Shown here: in pieces, positions 11,690 to 23,604 of the stretch
Layout of the letters: the number at the start of each line of letters is the position of its first letter
How positions within the stretch are numbered: position 1 is the first letter of the stretch
Assembly: GCF_963921235.1 (NCBI RefSeq)
Contig: NC_086097.1
Location: 139,812,001-139,876,000 of the forward strand
Length of the DNA stretch: 64,000 nt
Direction: 5' to 3'
Source: Mobula hypostoma
Lineage: Eukaryota
The notes under the pieces: model-generated
The model's input: only the letters and a program-made list of their open reading frames with translations
Database searches by the model: none
What the model was told of the DNA's origin: nothing
Translations under genes and position numbers: made by a program

Positions 11690-12059
11690 GAAGGATTGCT
11701 GCTATTTGTTGAGCTACACTGGAGCTGGTGGAATGGCTTGTGGTCAGACACGGGTTAGTTCATCCGCTGAAGGATTGCTTCTATTTGTTGAGTTACAGTG
11801 GAGCTCAGCCAGGGGATGCATCACAAAGGAAGGCTCGGGGCTGGGGTTGAGGGATTACTGTGTACGTGGCTCCACGTTGGATACAAGACTGCCGTAGATG
11901 GGACCGTCCTATGATCCTGCACCGAGTAATTTACAGAAATGTTGTGAGGAGGAGGCTGTCCCACCAGTCCGACTCCTTCATTCTTGTAAGTGGTGAGAGG
12001 CTGGGAAATGGATGTGCCCATTGTTGTTTACATTTCACTAAAGCTGACTATTAGCATGG

Positions 12060-12740
12060 AAAATAGTGTAAGCTGGCTTTTGTTACAATGTTACGGGGTT
12101 ATGTAAGATCACAGCTGGAGTATAGAGTCCTGCTGAAGGGTTTCAGCCCAAAACATCAACTGTACTCTTTTCCTAGACGCTGCCTGGCCTGCTGAGTTCC
12201 TCCACCATTTTGTATGTGTTGTACAGAGCACAATGTTGGTGTTCACCGAAAAAAAAGTTGCACTTACTATGGAGGCAGTGCGGTAAAGATTCAGCAGATT
12301 AGTTTCTTCATGTCAGTTGTGCAAGACTGAGTAAGGTAGAAATCTAGAAGACAGGACTGTGAAGAACGCAAGGAAATCTCATTGAAACCTAATTATTCAA
12401 AGGCTGGATGCTGGGAGATTGTTTCCCCTGGCTGAGGGAAGTAGAGCCAGGGTTGCAGACTCAGTATAAGGGGTAGACCCTTCCGAACTGAGCCGAGGAA
12501 TAAGCTCTTCATTCAGAGGTTGGTGAATCTTTGGAATTTGGTCCCCCAGAGGTTGTGGAGAATCAGTCACCAAGGCCATTCAAAACACAGGTAGCTAGAT
12601 TTCTACATTTGATGGGAACTGAGGGATAGAGGACAGGAAGGAGAATGGTGTTTGTGCAAAATATCAGCCATGATCTTGACAAAGGGTGCTGCAACATGGA
12701 TGGGCTGAACGGCCTCCAATTCCTGTTTCTCATGTCCCTC
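12060..12740 (+). mobile_element. CR1 LINE 3' fragment with a Penelope-derived short insert (~12126-12222)
   Basis: Degraded CR1 3' motifs (AGATCACAGCTGGAGTAT, TCAGAGGTTGGTGAATCTTTGGAAT, ATCAGCCATGATC). Confidence 0.7.
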
Positions 12741-13183
12741 TGTTCGCTTGCCATCATCCTACATCTACCCTCATGTCCTGATCGGTTCTGTTTCTAACAG
12801 TCTTCCTGCCAGCATGTTCTCATCACCTCTCATTCCCACATCCTGAGAGTCTGCTGGAGTAAAGAAATTAAATGATTGTATTTAGGACTGTAATGGACTG
12901 TTACTGCTGGTCTTCCACGGAGTTTAGCTTCAAATGGCCACTTGGTGTTTGTAAACCGAGCAAAGTGGGCAGGAGGTCAGAAGGTGTTTGGAGAGGGGAG
13001 GAGGGGAAACTTTTCTTGAGCTAATAGGATCACAGGGAAGAGTGAATGTGTGTTGGCCCACTCTTTATACACAGACAGACATCCATCTCAGTAAACAAAT
13101 ACCATGTCTGCAGAATTCCAGAGATAAGGAATTAAAAATAATCTCTACCCACTCTCCACTGGATAGCCATATTGGGGACAATC

Positions 13184-13258
13184 TCCCTCTCTCTCTCTCT
13201 CTCTGCCTCTGCCTGTGTTTTGTGTGTGTGTGTGTGTGTGTGTGTGTCTGTCTCTCTT

Positions 13259-13291
<33 letters not shown>

Positions 13292-13340
13292 GTCTATCTC
13301 TTACTGTCTCTCTCTCTCCCTCCCTCTCACCGTCTCTCTT
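13184..13340. repeat. Compound (CT)n/(GT)n microsatellite
   Basis: Read directly from the sequence. Confidence 0.95.
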
Positions 13341-13574
13341 GTTTCAGTGGCTTCCCTGAATTGATGATCTGTAATCTTTCACCATCCTTTTGAAAGGATG
13401 GAGCCCATTGGCTGCTGGTTTCCAGGGAGGAGATTCCCAACTTGCTGTCCTGGGATCAAGCACCCACTGTAGTGAGTGTGTATGTGATAGAAGTCATTTT
13501 GTGTTCTCAGAGTTATTTAAGAAACTAAACATTAGTAAAGGTAACAATCCATTGCCAATGCATTTGGCTTTGAA

Positions 13575-14005
13575 CGTAACACAGTACAACACTGGACAGG
13601 CCATTTGGTCCAGGTTGTTGTGCCAATCTTGATGCCAAGTTATATTAAGTATCCTCCTGTGTATTATCCATATTGCCCCATTCCCTTCATTTACATGTGT
13701 CCATCTGGAAGTCTCTTAATCTCCACCAGAATGCCTGGATCTTCCCTGGGAACCCATTCCAAGCACCTAAGCACCTTCTACTGTCTGCATGAAAATACTT
13801 GCCCTTCACATCTCCTTTAAACTTCCCCTTAATAGCATGTCCTCTGATGTTTGACATTTCTACACTGGTGAAAAGATTCTGACAATCTATCCTATATATG
13901 CCTCGCATTCTTTCAAAAACATAGAGACATAGTGACTACAGCTGAGAAACAGGCCCTTCATACCACTCTCATCCATGTACCTATCCAAACTTCTCTTAAG
14001 TGTAA
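13575..14005 (-). mobile_element. CR1 LINE 3' fragments
   Basis: Minus ORFs read MSNIRGHAIKGKFKGDVKGKYF and LKRSLDRYMD, the CR1 ORF2 C-terminus. Confidence 0.75.
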
Positions 14006-14009
14006 TCAC

Positions 14010-14935
14010 GTTGTCAAGTTTGCTGATATCACAACAGTGGTGGGGCTCATCACCAATAATGATGAGACAGCGGAGAGCAGGTGAAAGAGCTTGAGGCCTG
14101 AAGCCAGACAAATAACCTCCTCTTCAGTCAACAAGACGAAGGATATGGTTATTGACTTCAGGAGAACTCGTAGGGCTCTCACCCCTCGTTACATCGGGCA
14201 GCACAGCAGTGGAAATTGTGAGCAGTTTCAAATTCGGGGACCATGACAACATCTCAAGGTCCCAGAAAACATTGTACACCATCAAAAAAGCTCACTAATG
14301 CCTCTGAGGAGGTGACGAGATCTGGACAATGCACAGCTCCATTTGTCTATAGCTGCATAACAGAGAATATTCTACATTTGTGAAAAGCTGCATCACTGTA
14401 TGGTGCGGAAACTGCACTGGAACGGAGAGGAAGACCCTACAATGGGTAGTCAAAACTGTCCACCCATCACCACACCAGCCTACCCTTCATTGAAGGCATA
14501 TGTACAGAAAGGTGCTGGAAAAGGGCCAGTAATATCATGGAGGATTCCATCCACCCTGCTCACGGACTTAGTGTAGCCATCTCCCTGATGGGAGTGAGAC
14601 ATAGCATCCACAGCAGGACCACTGGACTCAAATACAGTTACTTTCTCCGAGCAGTAAGGCTGATCAACACCTCCATCCACTAACCCACCCCTCCACACTC
14701 CCAACCACCGCTACTTTATAATTTCCTGTTAGTCACCTTATGCACAGAAATTCTTGTGCCTAGTGTCACTTTATGGACATACAATCTATATTTATTTTTA
14801 ATGTGTCATTTTTATTATTGTTGTGTGCTTTAACTTAATGTGTTGTTTTGTGATTCGTCAGATCTGGAGTAACAATTATTTCTTTCTCCTTTACACTTGT
14901 ATACTGGAAATGGCATTAAACGATCTTGAATTGAA
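14010..14935 (+). mobile_element. Rex/L2-type LINE 3' portion, degraded
   Basis: AAGTTTGCTGAT (KFAD), GTCAACAAGACGAAGGATATGGTTATTGACTTCAGG (NKTKDMVIDFR) and a TTGAA tail; same family as 48050-48680. Confidence 0.75.
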
Positions 14936-16304
14936 CTTCCATCTACCACATCCACTGGCAGTTCATTCCACACTCGTGTTTCATGTTCTCTCTCTCATAT
15001 ATATCTCGGTGGAGGGAGGGAGAGTCTGCTGGTTCTTCAGTCAGGTGGGCTTGAATAAGCGTTGCTTCAGACTGTAACATCGAAACAGTGGGCTGCCGCT
15101 CTCCCCTCTCGCTGTGGTGTCCCCTGTTAGTGAGAGAGAGCGCCTGTGGCCTATCGAACTGTTGGGTGAACAATTAGTTTTTGTTGGGCTGCAGGTCATG
15201 GTTTCCCTTTGGGGGCTTTGCTATTGCTTGCGTGGTGGGTGGTGGATCATGGGCCTAGAATAATAATCTGTCCAGACAAGCCCATTGTCTGCACTTCCTC
15301 TCCTGGGTTTTAAATAGATTCATTATTAGTTCTACTGAAATAAAACTTCTCATTGGTGAGCAAGGGTGCAGTAAAGACAACATATGTTATAAATTAATCT
15401 TAGGCCATACACAGTTCACAACACTGATCAATATCAGCAAGGACAAGTTCTCTCGGTGGTCCTTGTTAGCTGCCTGTGGTGTGTGTCACCAGCTATTTGA
15501 GCTTGGAGGTATCATATTTGTCCTTAGATCTTTGCTCTGTGTGTAATCAGGAATAACTGGCTGTTCTTGTGATTCAGCCTTGGGATGGTCAGACTTCATT
15601 CCTGCACTGTGACAGAGCCGCAAAATGAGCCAGAGTAATCCACCATGACCTCACAGTTCTGGGAAGAGCACAGAGCTATTGCCTGAATGGCCTGTTTTTT
15701 GTGCCATGTAATGGAAGAATACTTCGCAACTGAGATCTGTTTCACATTGTGAAGGATGAGCTCTGTGTTCCACTGCCAGTGTACGGTTTACAGGCCAAGG
15801 ATGAACTAAACGACTCACCCAGGCCAGACCAACTGTGTCTCCCAACCCTCAGCCTTTGTCACCAAGACAGACAAGTGCCACCCATCCAGGGAAGCACCAC
15901 CAACCGCAAGTTCCCCTCAAATAACACACCATCCTGACTGGGAAACATGTTGGGCCTCCTTCTTTGTCACTAGACCTTCCTCCCAATAGCACTATGAGGG
16001 CACCTTCATCAGGACAGCATTGTTCCTAAAAGACAGCTCATCCCCACCTTCCTAAGAGCGATTGGGAATGGGCAACAGTTAGAAGATAAATTATTGATCA
16101 TCCTATAAGAGGTAAGAATATTCCTGATGCAAATCCTCTGGGATTGCCTCTATAACTTGATTCCAGTCACTGGCTGCAAGTGTTCTTGAAAGACAAACTC
16201 CCAGTCGCAATCCTCCAAACACAAACTCCCTGTAACACCCCTCCAAACCGGGAGTTTATGTTTGGAGTTATGTGACTGGATGGTTGGTTTGGAGGGATGT
16301 GGTA

Positions 16305-16585
16305 TGCAAAACCAAAAAAATGGTTATTGAGTACAGGAAGGAGAAGCTGGAGGTCCAGGAACCAGTCGTCATGAGGGGATCGAAGGTGGAGAGTGTTAGT
16401 GACTTTAAATTCCTTAGCATTATCGTATCAGAGAATCTGTCCTGGAACCAGAATATAATTGTTATCTTAAAGAAAACGTACCAGCATTCCTACTTTCTTA
16501 GAAGTTTGCGTGGATTTGGCGTGTCACCAAAAACAATGGAAAACTTCTATAGATGCACAGTGTTGAGTGTCCTAACTGGATACTT
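16305..16585 (+). mobile_element. Rex/L2-type LINE RT C-terminal fragment
   Basis: KTKKMVIEYRK...FKFLSIIVSENLSW...YFLRSLRGFG...NFYRCTV within ORF 16272-16892. Confidence 0.8.
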
Positions 16586-16715
16586 GGTGTCAGCGACGGG
16601 GTCTCTGGCACTGAAATTGCCTCTGTGGCTGAGAAGGGAAGGGAAGAGAAAAAGGTTTGCAGTGGTGAAAGGGGATTGCATAGTTAGAGGTGCAGCAAGA
16701 GATTCTGTGGATGTG

Positions 16716-18267
16716 GGAGATGAACTTAATGGGTACTTTGCATCTGTCTTCACTGTGGAAGACACTAGCAGTGTGCCAATGGTCTACGAGTGTCAGAGAG
16801 CAGGAGTGAGTGCCATTGCTATTACAAAGGAAAAAGTGCCGGGCAAACTCAAAGGTCTTAAGGTGGATAAGTCACTTGGACCAGGGTCCTGAGAGAGGTT
16901 GCTGAAGAGATAATAGATCCATTGGTCATGATCTTTCAAGAATCACTTGATTCTGGTATGGTCCTGGAAGACTGCAAATGTCACTCCATTCTTTAACAAG
17001 GGAGGAAGGCAAAAGAAAGGAAATTATAGGCCAGTTAGCCTAACCTCAGTGGCTTGGAAAGTGTTAGATCTATTATTAAGGACGAGGTTTCATGGTACTT
17101 GGAGACTCATGATAAAATAAGTCAAAGTTAGCATGGTTTCTGTAAAGGGAAATCTTGCCTGACAAATCTGTTAGCGTTCTTTGAGAAAGTAGGGTGGACA
17201 AAGGAAAGGCAGTGGATGTCATTAACTTGGATTTTCAGAAGGCATTTGATAAGGTGCCACACATGAGGCTGCTTAACAAGATAAAATCCTATGGTGTTAC
17301 AGGAAAGATACGAGCATGGATAACAGAATGGCTAACAGGCAGGAGGCAGCAAGTGGGAATATAAGGGCCCTTTTCAGGTTGGCTGCCGGTGACTAGTGGT
17401 GTTCCTCAGGGGTCAGTATTGGGACTGCTGCTTTTCACATTGTTTGTCAGTGATTCCGATAATGGAATTGATGGCTTTGTGGCAAAGTTTGCGGATGATA
17501 TGAAGATAGGTGGAGGGGTAGGTAGTGCTGAGAAAGCAATGTGATTGCAGCATGACTGAGACAAATTGGAAGAATGGACAAAATAGTGGCAGATGGAATA
17601 CAATGTAGGGAAGTGTATGATAATGCATTTTGGTAAAAGGAACAATACTGTGGACTATTATCCAAATGGGGAGAATGTTCAAAGATCAAAGATGCAGAGG
17701 AATTTAGAAGTCCTCATGCGAGACTCCCAGAAGGTAAATTTACAGGATGAGTCTGTGGTAAAGAAGGCAAATGTAATGTTGGCATTTATTTCAAGGGGAA
17801 TAGAATATAAAAGAAAGGAGATAATGCTGAACCTTTATGAGGCACTAGTCAGACGGCACTTGGAGTATTGTCAACAGCTTTGGGCTCCATATCTCAGAAA
17901 GGATGTGCTGTTATTGGAGAGAGTCCAGAGGAGGTTAAGAAGTTTCCTTTTGTGGGGGTATCCAGAAATAGAGGGTGCAGCCTCAAAATTGAGAGGCAAC
18001 CCTTTAGAACAGAGGTAAGGAGGAATTTTTTTAAGCCAGAGCATAGTAAATCTATGGAATGCTCTGCCACAGACTACGGTGAAGGCCAAGTCCGTGGGTA
18101 TATCTAAGGTGGAAGTTGATAGTTTTCTGATCGGTCAGGGCATTAAAGTATATGGTGAGAAGGCAGGTGCATGGGGTTAAGTGGGATCTGGGATCAGCCA
18201 TGATGGAATGGTGGACCAGACTTTATGGGCTGAATGGCTTAATTCTGCTCCTATGTCTTATGGTCTT
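16716..18267 (+). mobile_element. 5'-truncated CR1 ORF2 (RT) inserted in host CR1 ORF1
   Basis: DELNGYFASVFT, DFQKAFDKV, SGVPQGSVLG, KFADD, YNVGKC and a CTCCTATGTCTTATGGTCT tail; TGTG at both junctions. Confidence 0.9.
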
Positions 18268-18382
18268 GTGAAAGAAACACTTGGGTGGTATTTTGCCTCC
18301 CAGGTGCCAGGGTCAAGGATGTCTTGGATCAGGATGACAGCATTCTAAAGGAGGAAGGGTGAGCAGCCAGAAGTCATGGTAT

Positions 18383-21300
18383 ATAGAAATATAGAAAACC
18401 TACAGCACAATATAGGCCCTTCAGCCCACAAAGCTGTGCCGAACATGTCCTTACCTTCAAAATTACCTAGGATTACCATAGCCCTCTATTTTTCTAAGCT
18501 CCATGTACCTATCCAGGAGTCTCTTAAAAGACCCTATTGTATCTGCCTCCACCACCATCGCCGGGAGCCCATTCCATGCACTCACCACTCTCTGCGTGTT
18601 AAAAAAAAAACTTACCCCTGACGTCTCCTCTGTACCTGCTTCCAAGCACCTTAAAACTGTGCCCTCTGGTGTTAGCCATTTCAGCCCTGGGAAAAGCCCC
18701 TGACTATCCAGATGATCAATGCATCATCTTGTACACCTCTATCAGGTCATCTCTCATCTTCCGTTGCTCCAAGGAGAAAAGGCCAAGTTCACTCAACCTA
18801 TTCTCATAAGGTATGCTTCCTAATCCAGGCAACATCCTTGTAAATCTCCTCTTCACCCTTTCTATGGTTTCCACATCCTTCCTGTAGTGAGGCAACCAGA
18901 ACTGAGCACAGTATTTCAAGTGGAGTCAGAACAGGGTCCTATACAGCTGCAACATTACCTCTCGGCTCTTGAACTCAATCCCATGATTGATGAAGGTCAA
19001 TGCACCATATGCTTTCTTAATCACAGAGTCAACCTGCGCAGCAGCTTTGAGTGTCCTATGGACTCGAATCCCAAGATCCCTCTGATCCTCCACACTGCCA
19101 AGAGTCTTACCATTAATACTATATTCTGTCATCACAATTGACCTACCAAAATGAACCACTTCACACTTATCTGGGTTGTACTCTATCTGCCTCTTCTCAG
19201 CCCAGTTTTGCATCCTATCAATGTCCCACTGTCCACACTATCCACAACACCCCCAACCTTTGTGTCATCAGTAAATTTACTAACCCATCCAGGTCATCTA
19301 TAAAAATCACGAAGAGTAAGGGTCCCAGACCAGATCCCTGAGTCACAACACTGGTCACCAACCTCCATGCAGAATATGACCTGTCTACAACCACTCTTTG
19401 CCTTCTGTGGGCAAGCCAGTTCTGGATCCACAAAGCAATGTCCCCTTGGATCCCATGCCCCCTTACTTTCTGAATAAGCCTTGCACAGGGTACCTTATCA
19501 AATGCTTTGCTGAAATCCATTTACACTACATGTACTGCTCTACCTTCATCAATTTTTTTAGTCACATCCTCAAAAAATTCAATCAGGCTCGTAAGGCACG
19601 ACCTGCCTTTGACAAAGCCACGCTAACTATTCCTAATCATATTATGCCTCTCCAAATGTTCATAAATTCTGCTTCTCCGGATCTTCTCCATCAACTTACC
19701 AACCACTGAAGTAAGACTCACTGGTCTATAATTTCCTGGGCTATCGCTACTCCCTTTCTTGAATAAGGGAACAACATCCACAACCCTCCAATCCTCCAGA
19801 ACCTCTCCCATCCCCATCGATGATGCAAAGATCATCGCCAGAGGCTCTGCAATCTCCTCCCTCGCTTCCCACAGTAGCCTGGGGTATATCACGTCTGGTC
19901 CCGGTGACTTATCCAACTTGTTGCTTTCCAAAAGCTCCAGCACATCCACTTTCTTAATAACTACATGCTCAAGCTTTTCAGTCCACTGTAAGTCATCCCT
20001 ACAATCACCAAGATCCTTTTCCGTAGTGAATACTGAAGGAAAATATTCATTAAGTTCATTGGAAATATTCATTGGAATGTACCTATGCAGAACTCCACGC
20101 AAATATCCCCTGAACATTTGCCACATTTCTTCCGTACATTTCCCTGAGAACATCTGCTTCCAGTTTATGCTTTCGTGTTCCTGCCTGATAGCCTCATATT
20201 TCCCCTTACTCCAGTTAAATGCTTTCCTAACTTGTCTGTTCCTATCTCTCTCCAATGCTATGGTAAGGAAGATAGAATTGTGATCACTGTCTCCAAAATG
20301 CTCTCCCACTGAGAGATCTGACACCTGACCAGGTTCATTTTCTAGTACCAGATCAAGTACAGCCTCTCCTCTTGTAGGCTTATCTACATATTGTGTCAAG
20401 AAACCTTCCTGAAAACACCTAACAAACTCCACCCCATCGAAACCTCTTGCTCCAGGGAGATGTCAATCGATATTTGGGAAATTAAAATCTCCCATCATGA
20501 CAACCCTGTTATTATTACACCTTTCCATAATCTGTCTCCCTTTCCGTTCCTCGATGTCCCTGTTACTATTGGGTGGTCTATAATAAACACTCAGTAGAGT
20601 TATTGACCCCTTCCTGTTCTTAACTTCCACCCACAGAGACTCAGTAGACAATCCCTCCATGAGTTCCTCCTTTTCTGCAGCCGTGACACTATCTCTGATC
20701 AACAGTGCCATGCCCCCACCTCTTTTGCCTCCTTCCCTGTCCTTTCTGAATCATCTGAAGCCTGGCACTCAAAGTAACCATTTCTGCCCTTGAGCCACCC
20801 AAGTCTGAGTAATGGCCACAACATCATAGCTCCAAGTATTGATCCATGCTCTAAGCTCATCCGCTTTATTCATAATACTCCTTGCATTAAAATAGACACA
20901 TCTCAAACCATCAGTCTGAACGCATCCCTCCCTCTCGCACTGTCTCCAAGCTTTCTCTATTTGTGAGCCAACCACCTCTTCCTCCGTCTCTTCAGTTCGG
21001 TTCCCACCCGCCAGCAATTCTAGTTTAAACTCTCCCCAGTAGCCTTAGCAAACCTCCCTGCCAGGATATTTGTCCCCCTGGGATTCAAGTGCAACCCATC
21101 CTTTTTGTACGGGCCACACCTGCCCCAAAAGAGGTCCCAATGATCCAGAAATCTGAATCCCGGCCCCCTGCTCCAATCCCTCAGACACACATTTATCTTC
21201 CACCTCACTCTATTCCTATATTCACTGTCACATGGCACAGGCAGTAATCCCGAGATTACTACCTTTGAGGTCCTGCTTCTCAACTTTCTTCCTAACTCCC

Positions 21301-21424
21301 TGTAGTCTGTTTCCAGGACCTCCTCCCTTTTCCTACCTATGTCATTGGTACTAATATATTTCTGATCGAGTCCAAGATATCCTGAAGTGGGAAGGAGAAG
21401 AGTCAGAGGTCGTGGTACATATTG
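18383..21424 (-). mobile_element. Younger CR1 (ORF1 end, endonuclease, RT, 3' tail) with internal deletions and a short inverted 5' piece
   Basis: Minus ORFs give VVISGLLPV, YFNARS, YYRPP, MGDFNFP, DFSKAFDKV and FWLPHYRKD; tail (TAGAAATA)n at 18383-18398. Confidence 0.92.
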
Positions 21425-23229
21425 AAGAGAGGATATAGGGAGTTAGGTTGAAAGCTGAAAAGCAGGATCTCCAAGGCAGTAATCTCTGGATTGCTGCCTG
21501 TGCCACATGACAGTGAGGGTAAGAATAGGATGATCTGGCAGGTTAATGCCTGGCTGAGGAATTGGTGCAGGAGGCAGAGATTCAAATTTCTGGATCATTG
21601 GGATCTCTCCTGAGGAAGGTATGAGCAGTAAAGAAAGGATGGAATACACCTGAATTTGAGAGTTACTAATATCCTTGCAGGCAGTTTTGCTGGGCTTTTG
21701 TGGGAGGTTTAAACTAATATGGCAGGGGGATGGGAACCAGAGTGATAGGAATAGGGCTGAGGATGGGGCAGTTGGTATACAAGTTGATGCAGTGCTTAGT
21801 GAGATTGTGAGGAAGGACAGGCAGATAATAGGGCAAAATTATAGTCAGTGGGAGGGGCTAAAGTGTAACATGGGGGAAAATCAAAAAGGGTGATGAAAAC
21901 AAGACTGAAGGTGTTATAACTGAATGCAGACAGTATGTGGAATAAGGTAGATGATCTTGTAGCGGATTTAGAGATTGACAGGTGTGATGTGGTCATCACT
22001 GAGTCATGGCTGAAAAAAGATCTTAGCTGTGAGATTAACATTCAACAATACACATTGTAGTGCAGGGACAGGCAGGTAGGCTGTGGAGGTGGGGTGGCTC
22101 AGTCGGTAAAAAAATGATACAAAATCCATAGAAAGAGGTGACATTGGATTGGAAGATGTAAAAGCTAAGAAACTGCAAGGGTAAACTGACTCTGATAGGA
22201 GTGATATACAGGCCTCTGAATGGTAGCCAGCATGTGGGATACAAATTAAAACAGGAGATAGAAAAGGTATATAATAAGGGGAATGTTACAATGGTCATGG
22301 GGGATTTCAATATGGAAATAGATGGGGAAAATTAGGTTGGTGCTGAATCCCAAGAGAATGAATTTGTACAATGCCTATGAGATGGCTTTTTAGAGCAGCT
22401 TGGGGTTGAGCCCAATAGGGGAAGGGCAATTCTGGATCAAGTGCTGTGTAATACCAGATTTAATTTGGGAGTTTAAGGTAAAGGAACCCTAAGGAGGCAG
22501 TGATCATAATATGATAGAACTCACCCTACAATTTAAATGAGAGTAGATAAGATAAAGTCAGATGTACCTGTATTACAGTGGAGAAAAGGGAATTACAGAG
22601 GCATGGGAGAGGAGCTGGTCAATGTTGTTTGGAAGGGGACACTAGCAGGGATGATGGCAGAACTGCAATGGCTGGAGTTTCTGAGGGCAATTTAGAAGGA
22701 ATATGAGAGATACATTCCAAAGATGAAGTAGTATTCTAAAGGGAGGATAGTGCAATAATGGATGACAAGGGAAGTGAAATCAGCATGAAAAGAAAAGAAG
22801 GGGCATATAATATTGCAAAAATTAGTGGGAAATTAGAGGATTGGGAAGCTTTTTAAAAACCAACAGAAGGCAAATAAAAAAACTACAGGGAGAGAAAAGA
22901 TGATATATGATGGTAAACTAGCCAATAACATAAAAGGGAATACCAATTTTATTTTTCAGATATGTGCAGGTAAAAGAGAGGATGTTAGACTGCTTAGAAA
23001 TGACACTGGAGAAGTAGCAATGGGAGACAAAGAAATGGCAGATGAATTTAATAAGTATTTTGTGTCATTTTCACTGTGGAAGACAGTAGCAGTAGGTTAA
23101 TCCCTGAGGTACACTTTAAATATTCCCCCTCTCACTTTAAACCTGCGCCCTCTAGTTTTATATTCCCCTATCCTAGGAAAAAGACTGTAACCCTTATAAT
23201 TTTATAAATCTCTTTAATGTCACCTCTCA

Positions 23230-23462
23230 TAAACACAAGTGATTCTGCAGATGCTGGAAATCCAGAGCAACACATACAAAATTCTGGAAGATCTCATCAG
23301 GTCAGGCAACATCTATGGGAATGAATAAACAGTCAACGTTTCAGGCCAAGATGTCCTGAATTACCAAATGGTAGTTCTGTTGAAGGGTCTCAGACAGAAA
23401 CATTGACAATTTAGTCACTCCCGTAGATGCTCCCAAACCAGCAGAGTTCCTCCAACATTTTG
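23230..23462. mobile_element. Penelope-terminus-derived short element with inverted arms
   Basis: Left arm CAAAATTCTGGAAGATCTC...CATCTATGGGAATGA...GTCAACGTTTC mirrors right arm GAAACATTGAC...TCACTCCCGTAGATG...GAGTTCCTCCAACATTTTG. Confidence 0.7.
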
Positions 23463-23604
23463 AAGGTCACCCCTTAGCTTCCTTCACTCCAGTAGAAAGA
23501 AGTCCAAAGCTATCCAAACTCTCCTTATAAACCAATCTCTCCCATTACAGTAACAACCTTTGAATGGGAATTATGAATCTTTTCTGCAGCTTTTCCACTT
23601 GTAT

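Larger units (their letters stand above)
16590..23095 (+). mobile_element. Older host CR1 (ORF1 SGNH-esterase region and ORF2 endonuclease), split by two younger CR1 insertions
   Basis: Collinear pieces: 16590-16715 (GDCIVRG), 18268-18382 (CLPGARVKDV...EQPEV), 21425-23095 (ISGLLPV, APE motifs IYRP and MGDFN, ...NKYF). Confidence 0.8.

Noticed and set aside
13382..13401. 9-bp inverted repeat CCATCCTTT-TG-AAAGGATGG
   Set aside because: Short enough to occur by chance in 64 kb and has no supporting context.
16272..16892. 206-aa chimeric ORF as a novel fusion protein
   Set aside because: Chance in-frame read-through across three adjacent retroelement fragments (Rex/L2, CR1 ORF1, CR1 ORF2).
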